From NCBI GenBank assembly GCA_947632115.1, contig CANROB010000003.1, positions 14,919 through 78,918 on the forward strand: a stretch of DNA of 64,000 nucleotides. The letters run 5' to 3'. Shown here one piece after another: positions 53,869 through 63,316 of the stretch (position 1 is its first letter; every line of letters starts with the position of its first letter). The translations under genes were made by a program, and so were the position numbers. Source of the stretch: an uncultured Bacilli bacterium. GTDB taxonomy: Bacteria > Bacillota_I > Bacilli_A > RF39 > UBA660. Under the pieces are notes generated by a model. The model had not been told where the DNA came from. It searched no databases and was given only the letters and a program-made list of their open reading frames with translations.

Positions 53869-56007
53869 TTAAGGAAGACCTACCTCATCTTTTACCCATT
53901 GAATAGCCTCATCTAAAACATTTGGTTCTTCCGTACCTAAAGTAATATCTCTTGAAACAATTGTTTTATAAGTAGCTGAAGATATATCCACAATCAATTT
54001 GTTTCCCCAAGTACTAACAACCAAATCTCCTTTTTTGGTAACACCCGTAATCGTCATAGCGTGGCCTCCACCATCTTCTATATAGCAAAATCCTCGTTCC
54101 CCAGTAACTGGATTAACAGTATATAAATCGTATCCAGAAGAAGCCAATTCAATCGTTTTTCCGCTTTTCAACTCTTCCCTTATTTTATCAATATCTATTG
54201 GAGGTTCTGGTGGTTTTTCCGCCATTGTCTCTTTATCATAGTAATAATCATATAACGTTTCAGCATCAAATTGATAATCCTCAGCTGGAATTTTTTCTTC
54301 TAAAAATTTTTTTAAACATTCCGTTCTAGGAGCAGGAACTGGTCCCCGAAAGGCTTCAAATTGATCCAAATCATCTTTGATATACTCCCTTAACAAAGAA
54401 TAATTTTCTGCTGATAAATTTGAATTTTTGTACTTTTCCTGTTTGATTAAATAATCATAAATGGAGGTAATATCATAATCAGACCAATAGTAAGAGAAAA
54501 ATTCCGTTACCAAATATTCATAATTATATTTTTTTGCTCCATCAGAATCAACGGTATACATATCGTATCCAAAATATTTTTTGAATAATTCTTCTTTTCC
54601 TTCAAACTGTTCAAAAATACAATTGGCTATCGCAATATATCCACAACCATGGTTAGTTAATTCATCAAAAAACAAGTAATAGTCTAGTTCATCCGCATCG
54701 GGGTATTTTTCCTTTAAAAAATTCGTAATCCATTCATCTTCTAAAAGTTCATCAATATGAGGGAAAAAATTGTGATGATTTCCTCCATAAGTTCCTGTGT
54801 AACTATTAAATTCAGAAAAAATTCCTCCCTTTTGCTCTTCGCTCCAATCCCCAGTAGAACTGACAGATTCATCAGAACTATTATAAGTCAAGGAACGACC
54901 ATCCTTAAAATGAATGATCATAGAATCATTATAAACAGTAACATAAGAAATCGAAGAAAGGCTAAAACTAGCAGAAAGGCTACAAAGTTCAGAACTATAA
55001 ACGGTGAAAGGTTTATCTATTAATCCCTCTTTGAAATAAACATCATAACTATTTTCATGAAAGCGAATATCAGAAATAGCATCTTTTGAGATTTTAAATG
55101 CTCCATCAACTAGGAAAGTATCCCTTTGAACAAGAAGAGGAGTATCAAAATCACGGAGAAATAAACTCATCGACTCTCTTTCTCCATCTGGGTTTAACGT
55201 CTCCATGCCGGTATCACAAAGGACGTCTAAATTTGATAGTTTAATTCCTTCATTTTCCCATAAGGTTGTTGTTGTTTTCGAATCAAAGTAATGATATGTC
55301 GTAGCTTCACCATTAAGATCATGCGATGTAAAAATACTAGTTACGACAGGATGAAGGATATCTTCCCAAGAAACAAAGACACTTTTTATATAATCATCAA
55401 TTTTTTGCAAAATGGGATTTTCTTGGGTAGAAACATGACAAACAGGCTTTTTTCGTTTTACAATTCGATTCGTTTTATCATAAACAAGATATCCATCACC
55501 AGTCAAATGAAGGGTTGCCGTATTTTTTTCTACCCGAATATCTTCGACTAGGTTACTATCAATGTATAATCCATCCGGTAAAATAATCTTCCTTGTTCGA
55601 TCAGGCTTTAAAGAAATAGTATATCCCTTTTTATCAGGAGAAATATCATCTACTTCTAAATAAGAAATCTGCATTCCATTATCTAAAATGAAAAAGGCAT
55701 AATCATCCGAAAGTTGAGGGAGTCTTTCGTTAAGATCTGAATTTTCATGGTCAAAAATTCCCGCCTTAAAATCCTCAAGCGTAATACCAAATTTCTCTAA
55801 CATTTTATTAATTCTTTCTTCTGCATTAGTAACATTTTCTTTCACAAAAGAAACTGTATCTTCTATAGGATTATTCCCTGCTTTTTCATGGTCGTTTTTT
55901 TCACCGGAGGTAGCATTTGTCTGTTGATAAGAACCAATACTACTATTTTTTAAGCCACTATAGTCACTATTGAATGTTACTTTTGCTTTTTCAAATCCTT
56001 CTGCCAT
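53869..56007 (-). CDS. array large protein, copy 1 (712 aa)
   Basis: Intact ORF with the same N-terminus and C-terminal motifs (HGCGYIA, GGGHAMTITG, VSTWG). It carries a 9-aa C-terminal extension relative to copy 3 (TGG where copy 3 has TAG). Confidence 0.85.
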   Translation of the reverse strand: MAEGFEKAKVTFNSDYSGLKNSSIGSYQQTNATSGEKNDHEKAGNNPIEDTVSFVKENVTNAEERINKMLEKFGITLEDFKAGIFDHENSDLNERLPQLSDDYAFFILDNGMQISYLEVDDISPDKKGYTISLKPDRTRKIILPDGLYIDSNLVEDIRVEKNTATLHLTGDGYLVYDKTNRIVKRKKPVCHVSTQENPILQKIDDYIKSVFVSWEDILHPVVTSIFTSHDLNGEATTYHYFDSKTTTTLWENEGIKLSNLDVLCDTGMETLNPDGERESMSLFLRDFDTPLLVQRDTFLVDGAFKISKDAISDIRFHENSYDVYFKEGLIDKPFTVYSSELCSLSASFSLSSISYVTVYNDSMIIHFKDGRSLTYNSSDESVSSTGDWSEEQKGGIFSEFNSYTGTYGGNHHNFFPHIDELLEDEWITNFLKEKYPDADELDYYLFFDELTNHGCGYIAIANCIFEQFEGKEELFKKYFGYDMYTVDSDGAKKYNYEYLVTEFFSYYWSDYDITSIYDYLIKQEKYKNSNLSAENYSLLREYIKDDLDQFEAFRGPVPAPRTECLKKFLEEKIPAEDYQFDAETLYDYYYDKETMAEKPPEPPIDIDKIREELKSGKTIELASSGYDLYTVNPVTGERGFCYIEDGGGHAMTITGVTKKGDLVVSTWGNKLIVDISSATYKTIVSRDITLGTEEPNVLDEAIQWVKDEVGLP

Positions 56008-56017
56008 ATTTCACCTC

Positions 56018-56671
56018 TTATAAATAATCTACATAGGTTTTTTCTAATACTGTGACTAAAACAGGTAGTTTTCCTACTAATTTTCTTTCGAAGGTTCTAG
56101 AAAATTCTTGAATAAAGAATTTTTGAGCTTTTAAGTTTTCAATAAATTCTTTTCCCCGAACAATATTCTCATTTTTTCCACAATGAAAAACAATTACTAA
56201 ATTTCTACTATCAATAATATTTTTAGGTATCATCGCCCCATAACAGGTGGTTGAAGTTTCTTCATAAACGCCTCTTCTATAGTTATCGCGAATGATTTCT
56301 GGGTAGGTCTTTTTCACAACTTCAAGAACAGAATCATCTACCTCTTCTTTTTCTTTTAAAAGGTCAATATCTTCTTTTTCTAGTTTTTCGATAAATAAAA
56401 AATTACGAATATAAAAATACTTAGAAGGAGATACTTTTTGATAAGGGTTTTGTCTTTCTTCTGGTACTACACCAAAATCTAGATGGATTTGTTCTACCAC
56501 TTTATCGCATTGTAATAAATCAAAATAGTGGGATAAAACTTGATATAAACCCTTTCGATAAAGGCACTCTACCTTTTCATAAAGAGTATAATCCTCTTTC
56601 CTAATAAGTCCTTTTTCTTCTGCTAATTGTTGATTAATGAAATCCTTTTGTCTTTTTATTTCTTCTATCAT
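56018..56671 (-). CDS. array small partner protein, copy 1 (217 aa)
   Basis: Intact ORF. About 19 of 217 residues differ from the copy at 53145..53798 (hand count). Confidence 0.85.
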   Translation of the reverse strand: MIEEIKRQKDFINQQLAEEKGLIRKEDYTLYEKVECLYRKGLYQVLSHYFDLLQCDKVVEQIHLDFGVVPEERQNPYQKVSPSKYFYIRNFLFIEKLEKEDIDLLKEKEEVDDSVLEVVKKTYPEIIRDNYRRGVYEETSTTCYGAMIPKNIIDSRNLVIVFHCGKNENIVRGKEFIENLKAQKFFIQEFSRTFERKLVGKLPVLVTVLEKTYVDYL

Positions 56672-56701
56672 AAAGTATCTCTCCTATCTTTTACTACTAA
56701 T

Positions 56702-56730
56702 ATTATACCAATCTGTGATAAAATCGGCAA
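56702..56730 (-). promoter_or_regulatory. sigma-A-type promoter of the first array unit (TTGCCG, 17-nt spacer, TGgTATAAT)
   Basis: -10 at 56707-56702 and -35 at 56730-56725, just downstream of the ftsQ stop (56747). Confidence 0.6.
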
Positions 56731-56746
56731 TAAAAAAGAAAAGAAA

Positions 56747-57526
56747 TTACTTTTTCTTTTCTTTCTCATAAGGATCTAGGTATTCCCCACCTTCTAAGTG
56801 TAGAACGCCTTTTTTTTCATTCGAACCTTCTAAATATTCAATATAATTATAAATTCTTTGAAACTTGGATTTTCCATTTTCTGTTTCTAAAGTTGCATAA
56901 ACATAATTGCCATCATTCATAGAAATCAAAAACAACTGCGTATCCTCTTCATCTGGAGTATATCGTATTTCAGACATTCTACTTAAGATATCAAGAGGTA
57001 CTCCTCCCATTTCTTGAATAAAGTTTTCTAAGACATCCGAAGGGACTTGATTTAAAAGCGTTGGAACAGCAAAAGTATCCTCTACTTCTTCTCCACTTTC
57101 TAAAACTGTTTTTCCTGTTGTTTCATAATAGAAAAGAGGTCTATTTTCATCTACCGTAATCACAACTTTCGTAAACCAATTTTTCTTCTCTACTTTCGCA
57201 GATTGGATATAGATATTTTTCTCAATATTTTTACGAATCAAATAACTTGGAGTCTTTAAAGTACTAGGATAATCTCGAATAAGAGCCATATCAATAATCT
57301 CTTGATCTCGAAAAAACTCATTATCCTTAACAATAATAGATTGGATAGGTACTTGAAAAAGTAACCACCCCACTAAGGCAATGATAAGAAGAAAAATGAA
57401 AAAGAAAAGAATTTTCACATACTGAATCTTACGTTTTTTCTTTTTCTTTTCTCTTTCTTTTTCTTTTTGAAGAGCAATCCTTGATTTATCGGAATGCTTT
57501 AATTCTTGCCTTTTTTCTTTTTTCAT
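56747..57526 (-). CDS. ftsQ: cell division protein FtsQ/DivIB
   Basis: Basic N-terminal tail, one TM helix, and a POTRA-like domain (IQSIIVKDNEFFRDQEI). It sits downstream of murB in the dcw cluster. Confidence 0.8.
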   Translation of the reverse strand: MKKEKRQELKHSDKSRIALQKEKEREKKKKKRKIQYVKILFFFIFLLIIALVGWLLFQVPIQSIIVKDNEFFRDQEIIDMALIRDYPSTLKTPSYLIRKNIEKNIYIQSAKVEKKNWFTKVVITVDENRPLFYYETTGKTVLESGEEVEDTFAVPTLLNQVPSDVLENFIQEMGGVPLDILSRMSEIRYTPDEEDTQLFLISMNDGNYVYATLETENGKSKFQRIYNYIEYLEGSNEKKGVLHLEGGEYLDPYEKEKKK

Positions 57527-57535
57527 ATGTCACAC

Positions 57536-58432
57536 CTATTCTACAAATTCTTGTTCGATTTTTAGCTCAATCCCATATTTTTCTTTTACTTTTGATTGGA
57601 TTTCTAAAATGAGTTTTTTAATGTCATTTCCAGAAGCATTGCCTTTATTAATAATAAAATTGGCATGCTTACTGCTCACTTCGGCTCCACCAATCGAATA
57701 CCCTTTATATCCACATTCTTCAATCAATCTACCAGCATAATCTCCTTCTGGATTACGAAAAACGCTTCCCGCAGAAGGATATTCTAGTGGTTGAGATTCG
57801 ATTCTTCTTCTTTTTCGATCTTCTATTAATTGCATGATTTCATCTGGGTCCCCTCGTTGTAAAATGAGGGTTGCCCCTAGACAAATATAGTCTTTATTTT
57901 GTTGTAAAAAAGAACTACGGTAGTGAAAATGCATATCATAGTTATTCATTTCCATGACGCGATAGCGAGGTGTTAAAACCTTCACACTTTTTACGATATA
58001 CCCCATATCACTTTTATAGGCACCCGCATTCATATAAATAGCGCCTCCTACCGTTCCTGGGATACCAGTTGCAAATTCTAATCCTGTATACCCTAAACGA
58101 GAAAGACGAACCGCTAATTTGGTAAGAGGATAACCTGCTCCCACATAAACTTCTCTTCCTTTCACTTCTAAATCATTTAAGGCATCTAACTTGATAAGAA
58201 TACCATCATATTTTTCATCACTGAAAATAAGATTGGAACCTTTTCCTAAAATTTTATGTTTCACATGATTCTCCCTTAGGTACTTTAAGAGAATAATTAA
58301 GCCCTCAACGTCAAAAGGAATGACAAGTCCTAAAGCGTGTCCCCCAGCATGGTAAGTTGTATATTCACGAATGTCGACATCAGCAAGGACTTCGCCTACG
58401 TTTAAATCACGAATGTCTTTTAATATTTCCAT
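57536..58432 (-). CDS. murB: UDP-N-acetylenolpyruvoylglucosamine reductase
   Basis: FAD-binding and catalytic motifs (GKGSNLI, GIPGTVGGAIYMNAGAY, PSAGSVFRNP). Confidence 0.95.
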   Translation of the reverse strand: MEILKDIRDLNVGEVLADVDIREYTTYHAGGHALGLVIPFDVEGLIILLKYLRENHVKHKILGKGSNLIFSDEKYDGILIKLDALNDLEVKGREVYVGAGYPLTKLAVRLSRLGYTGLEFATGIPGTVGGAIYMNAGAYKSDMGYIVKSVKVLTPRYRVMEMNNYDMHFHYRSSFLQQNKDYICLGATLILQRGDPDEIMQLIEDRKRRRIESQPLEYPSAGSVFRNPEGDYAGRLIEECGYKGYSIGGAEVSSKHANFIINKGNASGNDIKKLILEIQSKVKEKYGIELKIEQEFVE

Positions 58433-59519
58433 CTTTTTTTCTTCCCTCTATTAATTTTTGAATTTCTTCGTAAATCACAGTTGCACTATTCGTAACACCC
58501 ATTTGTTTGAGGTTTATCTTCATCTCTTCTTGGGTTTTTTGTGAAAGCAAGATTTCATCTACTTTTTCAAGTAATTTATCGCTTGTCAACTCTTTTTCTT
58601 CTATCATAACAGCCGCTTTTTTCAAAACAAAATCCATGGCATTTTTATATTGATGATTATTTGGTACATAAGGACTAGGAATTAAAATAGAAGGAATTCC
58701 TAAAACAGTAATCTCACTTAAAGTAGATGCTCCCGCCCTAGTAATCATCAAAGAGGTCTCTTTCATAATACGAGTCATATGGTCAATATAAGGAACTACT
58801 TTCACATTGCTTGGAAACTTTTTTTTAGAAATTTCTTCATAATCTGCTGATCCCGTTACAAATAAATATTGATAAGGTTTCCTCTCTACTTTCCCTAGCA
58901 TATCTACTAAAACCTCATTCACAGTACTAGCGCCTAGTGACCCCATAACCATCAAAACCAGTTTTTTATGAGGATCAAGTCCTAGTTCTTCCTTTTTCAT
59001 AGGAATGGCTTTTAGGGCATTTTCACTACAAGGATTTCCCGTAAAAACCGTTTTTCCTTTTGGAAATTGTGACATGCTAGAAGCAAAAGAAACCCCGATT
59101 AAATCCGTTTTCTTAGCAAGCATTAAGTTTGCTTTCCCGGCAATACTATTTTGCTCATGCAAAAACGTTTTGACACCCAATTCTTGTGCCGCTTTTAAAA
59201 CGGGTACCGTAACGTACCCACCAACGCCAACAACTACATCTGGGCGAAATTCTCTTATCCATTTTTTACAAATTCTTTTCGCTACTAATAAGCGATAAAG
59301 GACATTTGCATTTTTCCATAATTGTTTCCGGTTAAATCCATAGACTTTAATCATTCGAAAAGGGATTCCCTCTTTGGGAATAATATCTTTTTCCATCCGA
59401 TTATGAGTACCAATATATAAGAATTCACTGTTAGGTTCTTTTTCTTCTATTTTACGGATGATAGCTAGAGCTGGATAAATATGTCCTCCTGTCCCACCCG
59501 CACTGATGATTACTCTCAT
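58407..59519 (-). CDS. murG: undecaprenyldiphospho-muramoylpentapeptide beta-N-acetylglucosaminyltransferase
   Basis: GGTGGHIYPALA motif and the C-terminal glycosyltransferase region (RAGASTLSEI). Start set at the ATG at 59519, after an AAGGAAGTGAG RBS. Confidence 0.95.
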   Translation of the reverse strand: MRVIISAGGTGGHIYPALAIIRKIEEKEPNSEFLYIGTHNRMEKDIIPKEGIPFRMIKVYGFNRKQLWKNANVLYRLLVAKRICKKWIREFRPDVVVGVGGYVTVPVLKAAQELGVKTFLHEQNSIAGKANLMLAKKTDLIGVSFASSMSQFPKGKTVFTGNPCSENALKAIPMKKEELGLDPHKKLVLMVMGSLGASTVNEVLVDMLGKVERKPYQYLFVTGSADYEEISKKKFPSNVKVVPYIDHMTRIMKETSLMITRAGASTLSEITVLGIPSILIPSPYVPNNHQYKNAMDFVLKKAAVMIEEKELTSDKLLEKVDEILLSQKTQEEMKINLKQMGVTNSATVIYEEIQKLIEGRKKDGNIKRHS

Positions 59520-59606
59520 TGGACTCACTTCCTTATGGTTATTATATCATAATTATATGCAAAAGCCTAGGAGAAATATATCAAAAAAAAAGGATAAATC
59601 CTTCTT

Positions 59607-60416
59607 TTAAATTTGATATATTTTTGGTTTTACCTGGCTATCCTCTTCTGGAAGAAGAGAATCAAGATGACTAGGCATCTCCCCACGGCGAAGGAAAAAG
59701 TTGACATCCTCTGTCACCATTGGTTTTCTTTTTCTTCTTCTTTTAAAGAAACAGTCTATCTGTTCGTTTTGCGAACAAAGTTTCCGGCTCTCCTTAGAAA
59801 TTTTGGTAAGTTGTTCTTTAGAAATCTCTTCAGGAGTTAATCCTAACGCCTCTAAAACGCCATATAAAGCGATACACGTTTGATGATTTAAATATTCCTC
59901 TAAACGATATTCTTCTAATTTCTCTTTTCTAAAAACCTCTAAAGAAGAACTAAGGAACTGTTTCTCATCACTTTTGATAGGAAGTAAAAGAGCGTAGACT
60001 CCTTCCCGATTTCTTCGTTTGTTAATTCTTCTAATATTGGCTTTTATTTCTGCCCGTAAGCCTAAGCGTTCCTCTAAAAACCAAGAAAAGGTTCCATACA
60101 TCATCATCATTTCAGAAAGTAAAAGATTTTCATTTAATCTTTCTTCTCCATTAGAAGTTACTCTACGATTTTTGTAAAAGCATTGAAATACATCTTGAAC
60201 AGAAGCATCTCCTAGAAATAAATAATTACTTTTCAAACCTCTTTTATGAATGATTTCTTTTTCTCTTCTTAAAAGATGTACTACTTCTCCCATATCGGAA
60301 GTTATTTGGGTTACCAATACCGATAAAGTATTAGAGATATCTTCCCTTTCTATTTCACTCAATTGATTTTTTTCTAATTCTAATAAATGAGCACTAATTG
60401 CCCTGTTTTTCAGCAT
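59607..60416 (-). CDS. hypothetical protein
   Basis: 269-aa basic/helical ORF with a GGAGGA RBS. I recognise no motif. Confidence 0.6.
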   Translation of the reverse strand: MLKNRAISAHLLELEKNQLSEIEREDISNTLSVLVTQITSDMGEVVHLLRREKEIIHKRGLKSNYLFLGDASVQDVFQCFYKNRRVTSNGEERLNENLLLSEMMMMYGTFSWFLEERLGLRAEIKANIRRINKRRNREGVYALLLPIKSDEKQFLSSSLEVFRKEKLEEYRLEEYLNHQTCIALYGVLEALGLTPEEISKEQLTKISKESRKLCSQNEQIDCFFKRRRKRKPMVTEDVNFFLRRGEMPSHLDSLLPEEDSQVKPKIYQI

Positions 60417-60476
60417 AACTGATAAATCCTCCTCACAGTAGGATAGTATTATACCACATTTTATGAAAAAGGAAAA

Positions 60477-62249
60477 CTATTTAGAAGTTTTTTCATAATC
60501 TTGTAAATATTGATATAAATCCTCGGCTACTTTTTCTGGAAGTACTTCTTTTAATTCTTCTACTGTTAATTTTTTCATTTGACTAACAGTCTTATATTTT
60601 TTAATAAGCTGCTTTTTTCTTTTCGCACCAATTCCTGAAACGGGGTCTAAAACACTTTCCAAGGTCCCTTTACTTCTAATCTGTTTATGATAGTTAATCG
60701 TAAATTCATGGACCTCATCTTGCATTCTTTCTAATAAATAAAAGACATTACTTTTTTTATCGATATCATAAGCTTCATAAGCTGTTAATAACTGATTCGT
60801 CGTATGCTTATCATCTTTTTTTAATCCCACTACAGGAATAGATAACCCAAGACTTTCCACAATTTCTAAAGCAGCATGAATTTGTCCTAGTCCACCATCG
60901 ACAATGATTAAATCAGGACGTTCTAGATTATCTTTTAATACTCTAAAATATCTTCGATAGATAACTTCTCGCATCGTATTATAATCATCATTCTTATCGA
61001 CTGATATCTTAAATTTACGATACTCATTTTTAGCTGGTTTCCCACCACGAAAAACAACCATACCTGATACATTATAGGTACCAAAAAGATGGGCATTATC
61101 AAAAATTTCAATACGGTCTAAGGTTTTAAGATTTAAAATTTTCCTTAATTCTTCATTGGCCTCTTGTGTCCTTGCCTCATCCCGTTCAATTAACTCAAAC
61201 TGTTCATCTAAGGCAATTTTCGCGTTATCACTTGCCATTTCGACTAGTTTTAGTTTCTCTCCTTTTTGTGGTTTTCTAACATTTGTCTCAAGATAAGTAG
61301 AAAGTAACTCACTATCCACCTCTTCTGGAACTAGAATCTCTTTAGGAACTAAAATGTTATGATAAAAGTCCCCGATATACCTCTCTAATTCTTCTGCAAG
61401 GGAATCAATCATTGGTAAAATTTTAGAGTGTCTTCCAATAATTTTAGACCCACGAATAAAAAATACTTGAATACTTAAATAGCCTTTGTCCTCATAATAA
61501 CCAAAGATATCTCGGTCAATCCCGTCTTTTACCTCTACCTGTTGATGGGTAAGGGTTACCTCGATATAATTAAGAAGTTGTTTCATCTCAAGAGCTTTTT
61601 CATACTTCATCTCTTCACTATAGGCCTGCATTTCTTCTTCAATCCGTTTGGTAATAAAAGAATGGTCCCCCTTTAAAAAGCGAATAATTTCTTCTTTCAT
61701 TTCTTCTATTTTTTCATTTGGAACCTCTAACGTACAATAACCTAGGCACTGATGAATGTGGTAATAAAGACAAGGTTTTAAAGGATACGTATTACATTTA
61801 CGAATAGGATACATCCGATTTAAAAGATTGACCACCCCTCTTGCTGCTGTCACATTAGGATAAGGACCATATAAATATTTTTGACTTTTTTTACGAGTTA
61901 AAGAACGAACAACTTTTAGTCTAGGAACGGTCTCATTGGTAAGTTCAATATAAGGATAACTTTTATCATCTTTTAGTAAAATATTATATTTTGGATTATA
62001 TTTCTTAATTAGATTATTTTCTAAAATAAAAGACTCTACTTCACTACCAACCGCAATATATTCAAAATCAACAATCTCACTTACTAATCTAGCTGTCTTA
62101 CCCGTATGTTTCCCACGAAAATACGAACTTACCCGATTTTTTAAATTTTTAGCTTTCCCAACATAGATAATAATGCCATCTTTATTTTTCATAAGATAAC
62201 ATCCAGGAGAAGTTGTCAAAAGGGATAACTTTTGTTTAATATAATCCAT
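60477..62249 (-). CDS. uvrC: excinuclease ABC subunit C
   Basis: GIY-YIG N-terminus (GCYLMKNKDGIIIYVGKAKNLKNRV), UVR domain, endonuclease V-like domain and a C-terminal (HhH)2. Confidence 0.95.
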   Translation of the reverse strand: MDYIKQKLSLLTTSPGCYLMKNKDGIIIYVGKAKNLKNRVSSYFRGKHTGKTARLVSEIVDFEYIAVGSEVESFILENNLIKKYNPKYNILLKDDKSYPYIELTNETVPRLKVVRSLTRKKSQKYLYGPYPNVTAARGVVNLLNRMYPIRKCNTYPLKPCLYYHIHQCLGYCTLEVPNEKIEEMKEEIIRFLKGDHSFITKRIEEEMQAYSEEMKYEKALEMKQLLNYIEVTLTHQQVEVKDGIDRDIFGYYEDKGYLSIQVFFIRGSKIIGRHSKILPMIDSLAEELERYIGDFYHNILVPKEILVPEEVDSELLSTYLETNVRKPQKGEKLKLVEMASDNAKIALDEQFELIERDEARTQEANEELRKILNLKTLDRIEIFDNAHLFGTYNVSGMVVFRGGKPAKNEYRKFKISVDKNDDYNTMREVIYRRYFRVLKDNLERPDLIIVDGGLGQIHAALEIVESLGLSIPVVGLKKDDKHTTNQLLTAYEAYDIDKKSNVFYLLERMQDEVHEFTINYHKQIRSKGTLESVLDPVSGIGAKRKKQLIKKYKTVSQMKKLTVEELKEVLPEKVAEDLYQYLQDYEKTSK

Positions 62250-63261
62250 GTTCTTCCTCCTTTAATAATTCGTAAATACGTTTATTATACTCTTTTCTTC
62301 GCTCAAAAAATAGCTTATTTTCTCTTGTTGGATAAACGCGATTAGAAAGAATGATTAAAATGAGTTTTTGCTCTTGATCAATTAGAAATTCACATCCCGT
62401 AAATCCGGTATGGAAAATTGCTTTTTTGCTTGCAAACTCTTTGGTATCCGGGTAAGTACTAGCAAGCATCCAACTATAACTTCTTGCTACTTTAGAAGAA
62501 GAGATAATGGTTTTCTTAAAAAGGCAGTTGATACTTTTTTTCGTTAAAAATGTACCATCATTAAAAAGTAGTTTTTTTCCAAATTGTAGTAAATCAGATG
62601 GTGTACTAAAAACCCCTGCGTGGCCTGCTACTCCGTTTAAAAAGTAGGCTTTCTCATCATGAACTATCCCCCACAAAAGACCCCTTTCTTTCGTATCTTC
62701 CGTAGGAGCACATTCTTCTTTTTTGGGATGAAATGTGGTTTTATCCATAGAAAGAGGTTTAAAAATCTTTTGTTCTGCTAGAACATCTAAAGGCGTATCA
62801 TAAATTTTTTCCATTAAAAAGCCTAAAAGAATATAATTTAAATCCGAATAGATGACATCCGCTCCAGGTTCATTCTTTTGAGATATTTTGGTAAAGAATT
62901 CTTCTTTACTTGTTAAATGATACTTATCATAAGTAGGAACTAAACCAGAAGAATGATTGAGTAAATGGATGAGTTTTATATCAGGATAAGGAAATGTCGG
63001 AAAATATTGGCAAAAAAAGTCAGAAGAAGAAACCATTCCCTTTTCTTCTGCCATTAAAAATAAAGTATTAGTCACAACGACCTTAGTAAGGGATGCAATA
63101 TCATAAAGGGTATCCTTGGTTGTCTTTTTATTCTCTAAAGAAGAAATCATTCCAGCTGAATCAATGATAGTTTTATCTTGATAATAAATGGCATAACTAA
63201 CCCCCGGAAAAATTCCTTCTTTGACTAATTCTTCAAAATAATCATGTAACTTCTCTTTCAT
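62236..63261 (-). CDS. serine hydrolase (beta-lactamase/PBP4*-like family)
   Basis: SxxK motif (ASLTKV), a YSD motif (similar to YxN), and a HTGFTG (KTG-like) motif. Confidence 0.8.
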   Translation of the reverse strand: MKEKLHDYFEELVKEGIFPGVSYAIYYQDKTIIDSAGMISSLENKKTTKDTLYDIASLTKVVVTNTLFLMAEEKGMVSSSDFFCQYFPTFPYPDIKLIHLLNHSSGLVPTYDKYHLTSKEEFFTKISQKNEPGADVIYSDLNYILLGFLMEKIYDTPLDVLAEQKIFKPLSMDKTTFHPKKEECAPTEDTKERGLLWGIVHDEKAYFLNGVAGHAGVFSTPSDLLQFGKKLLFNDGTFLTKKSINCLFKKTIISSSKVARSYSWMLASTYPDTKEFASKKAIFHTGFTGCEFLIDQEQKLILIILSNRVYPTRENKLFFERRKEYNKRIYELLKEEEHGLY

Positions 63262-63316
63262 ACTATCACGATATCATTGTAACACAAATTCCCTATCAAA
63301 AAAAGAGGAACGAAAA

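Larger units (their letters stand above)
46002..56671 (-). repeat. tandem gene array: [small-large][small-large][large][small-large] paralogous units
   Basis: Three 654-nt genes more than 90% identical at protein level (hand count) and four 2.1-kb paralogues. Spacers, promoters and 3' tails are repeated between units. Confidence 0.95.

Noticed and set aside
47710-55551. Plus-strand ORFs inside the array (47710..48021, 49748..49987, 50258..50521, 52022..52267, 54757..55023, 55291..55551), two of which resemble each other.
   Set aside because: They are antisense shadows of the large minus-strand genes, with no RBS and Ile/Phe/Asn-rich junk composition. Their mutual similarity simply mirrors the homology of the sense genes.
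46002-56007. The large proteins could be LXG/T7SS polymorphic toxins, with the small proteins as immunity genes.
   Set aside because: The N-terminus is not an LXG-like helical domain; after 20 residues it is low-complexity and then beta-rich. No WXG100 or Ess genes lie in the window. The small gene lies upstream and is near-invariant rather than co-varying with a toxin tip. I kept only a generic possibility of a chaperone or inhibitor role.
46002-56671. The repeated structure could be a CRISPR array, an IS/transposon cluster or a prophage remnant.
   Set aside because: The repeats are 0.65-kb and 2.1-kb intact protein-coding genes, not short repeat-spacer units. No transposase, integrase, terminal inverted repeats or phage structural genes are present. 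Base composition looks like that of the flanking core genes.
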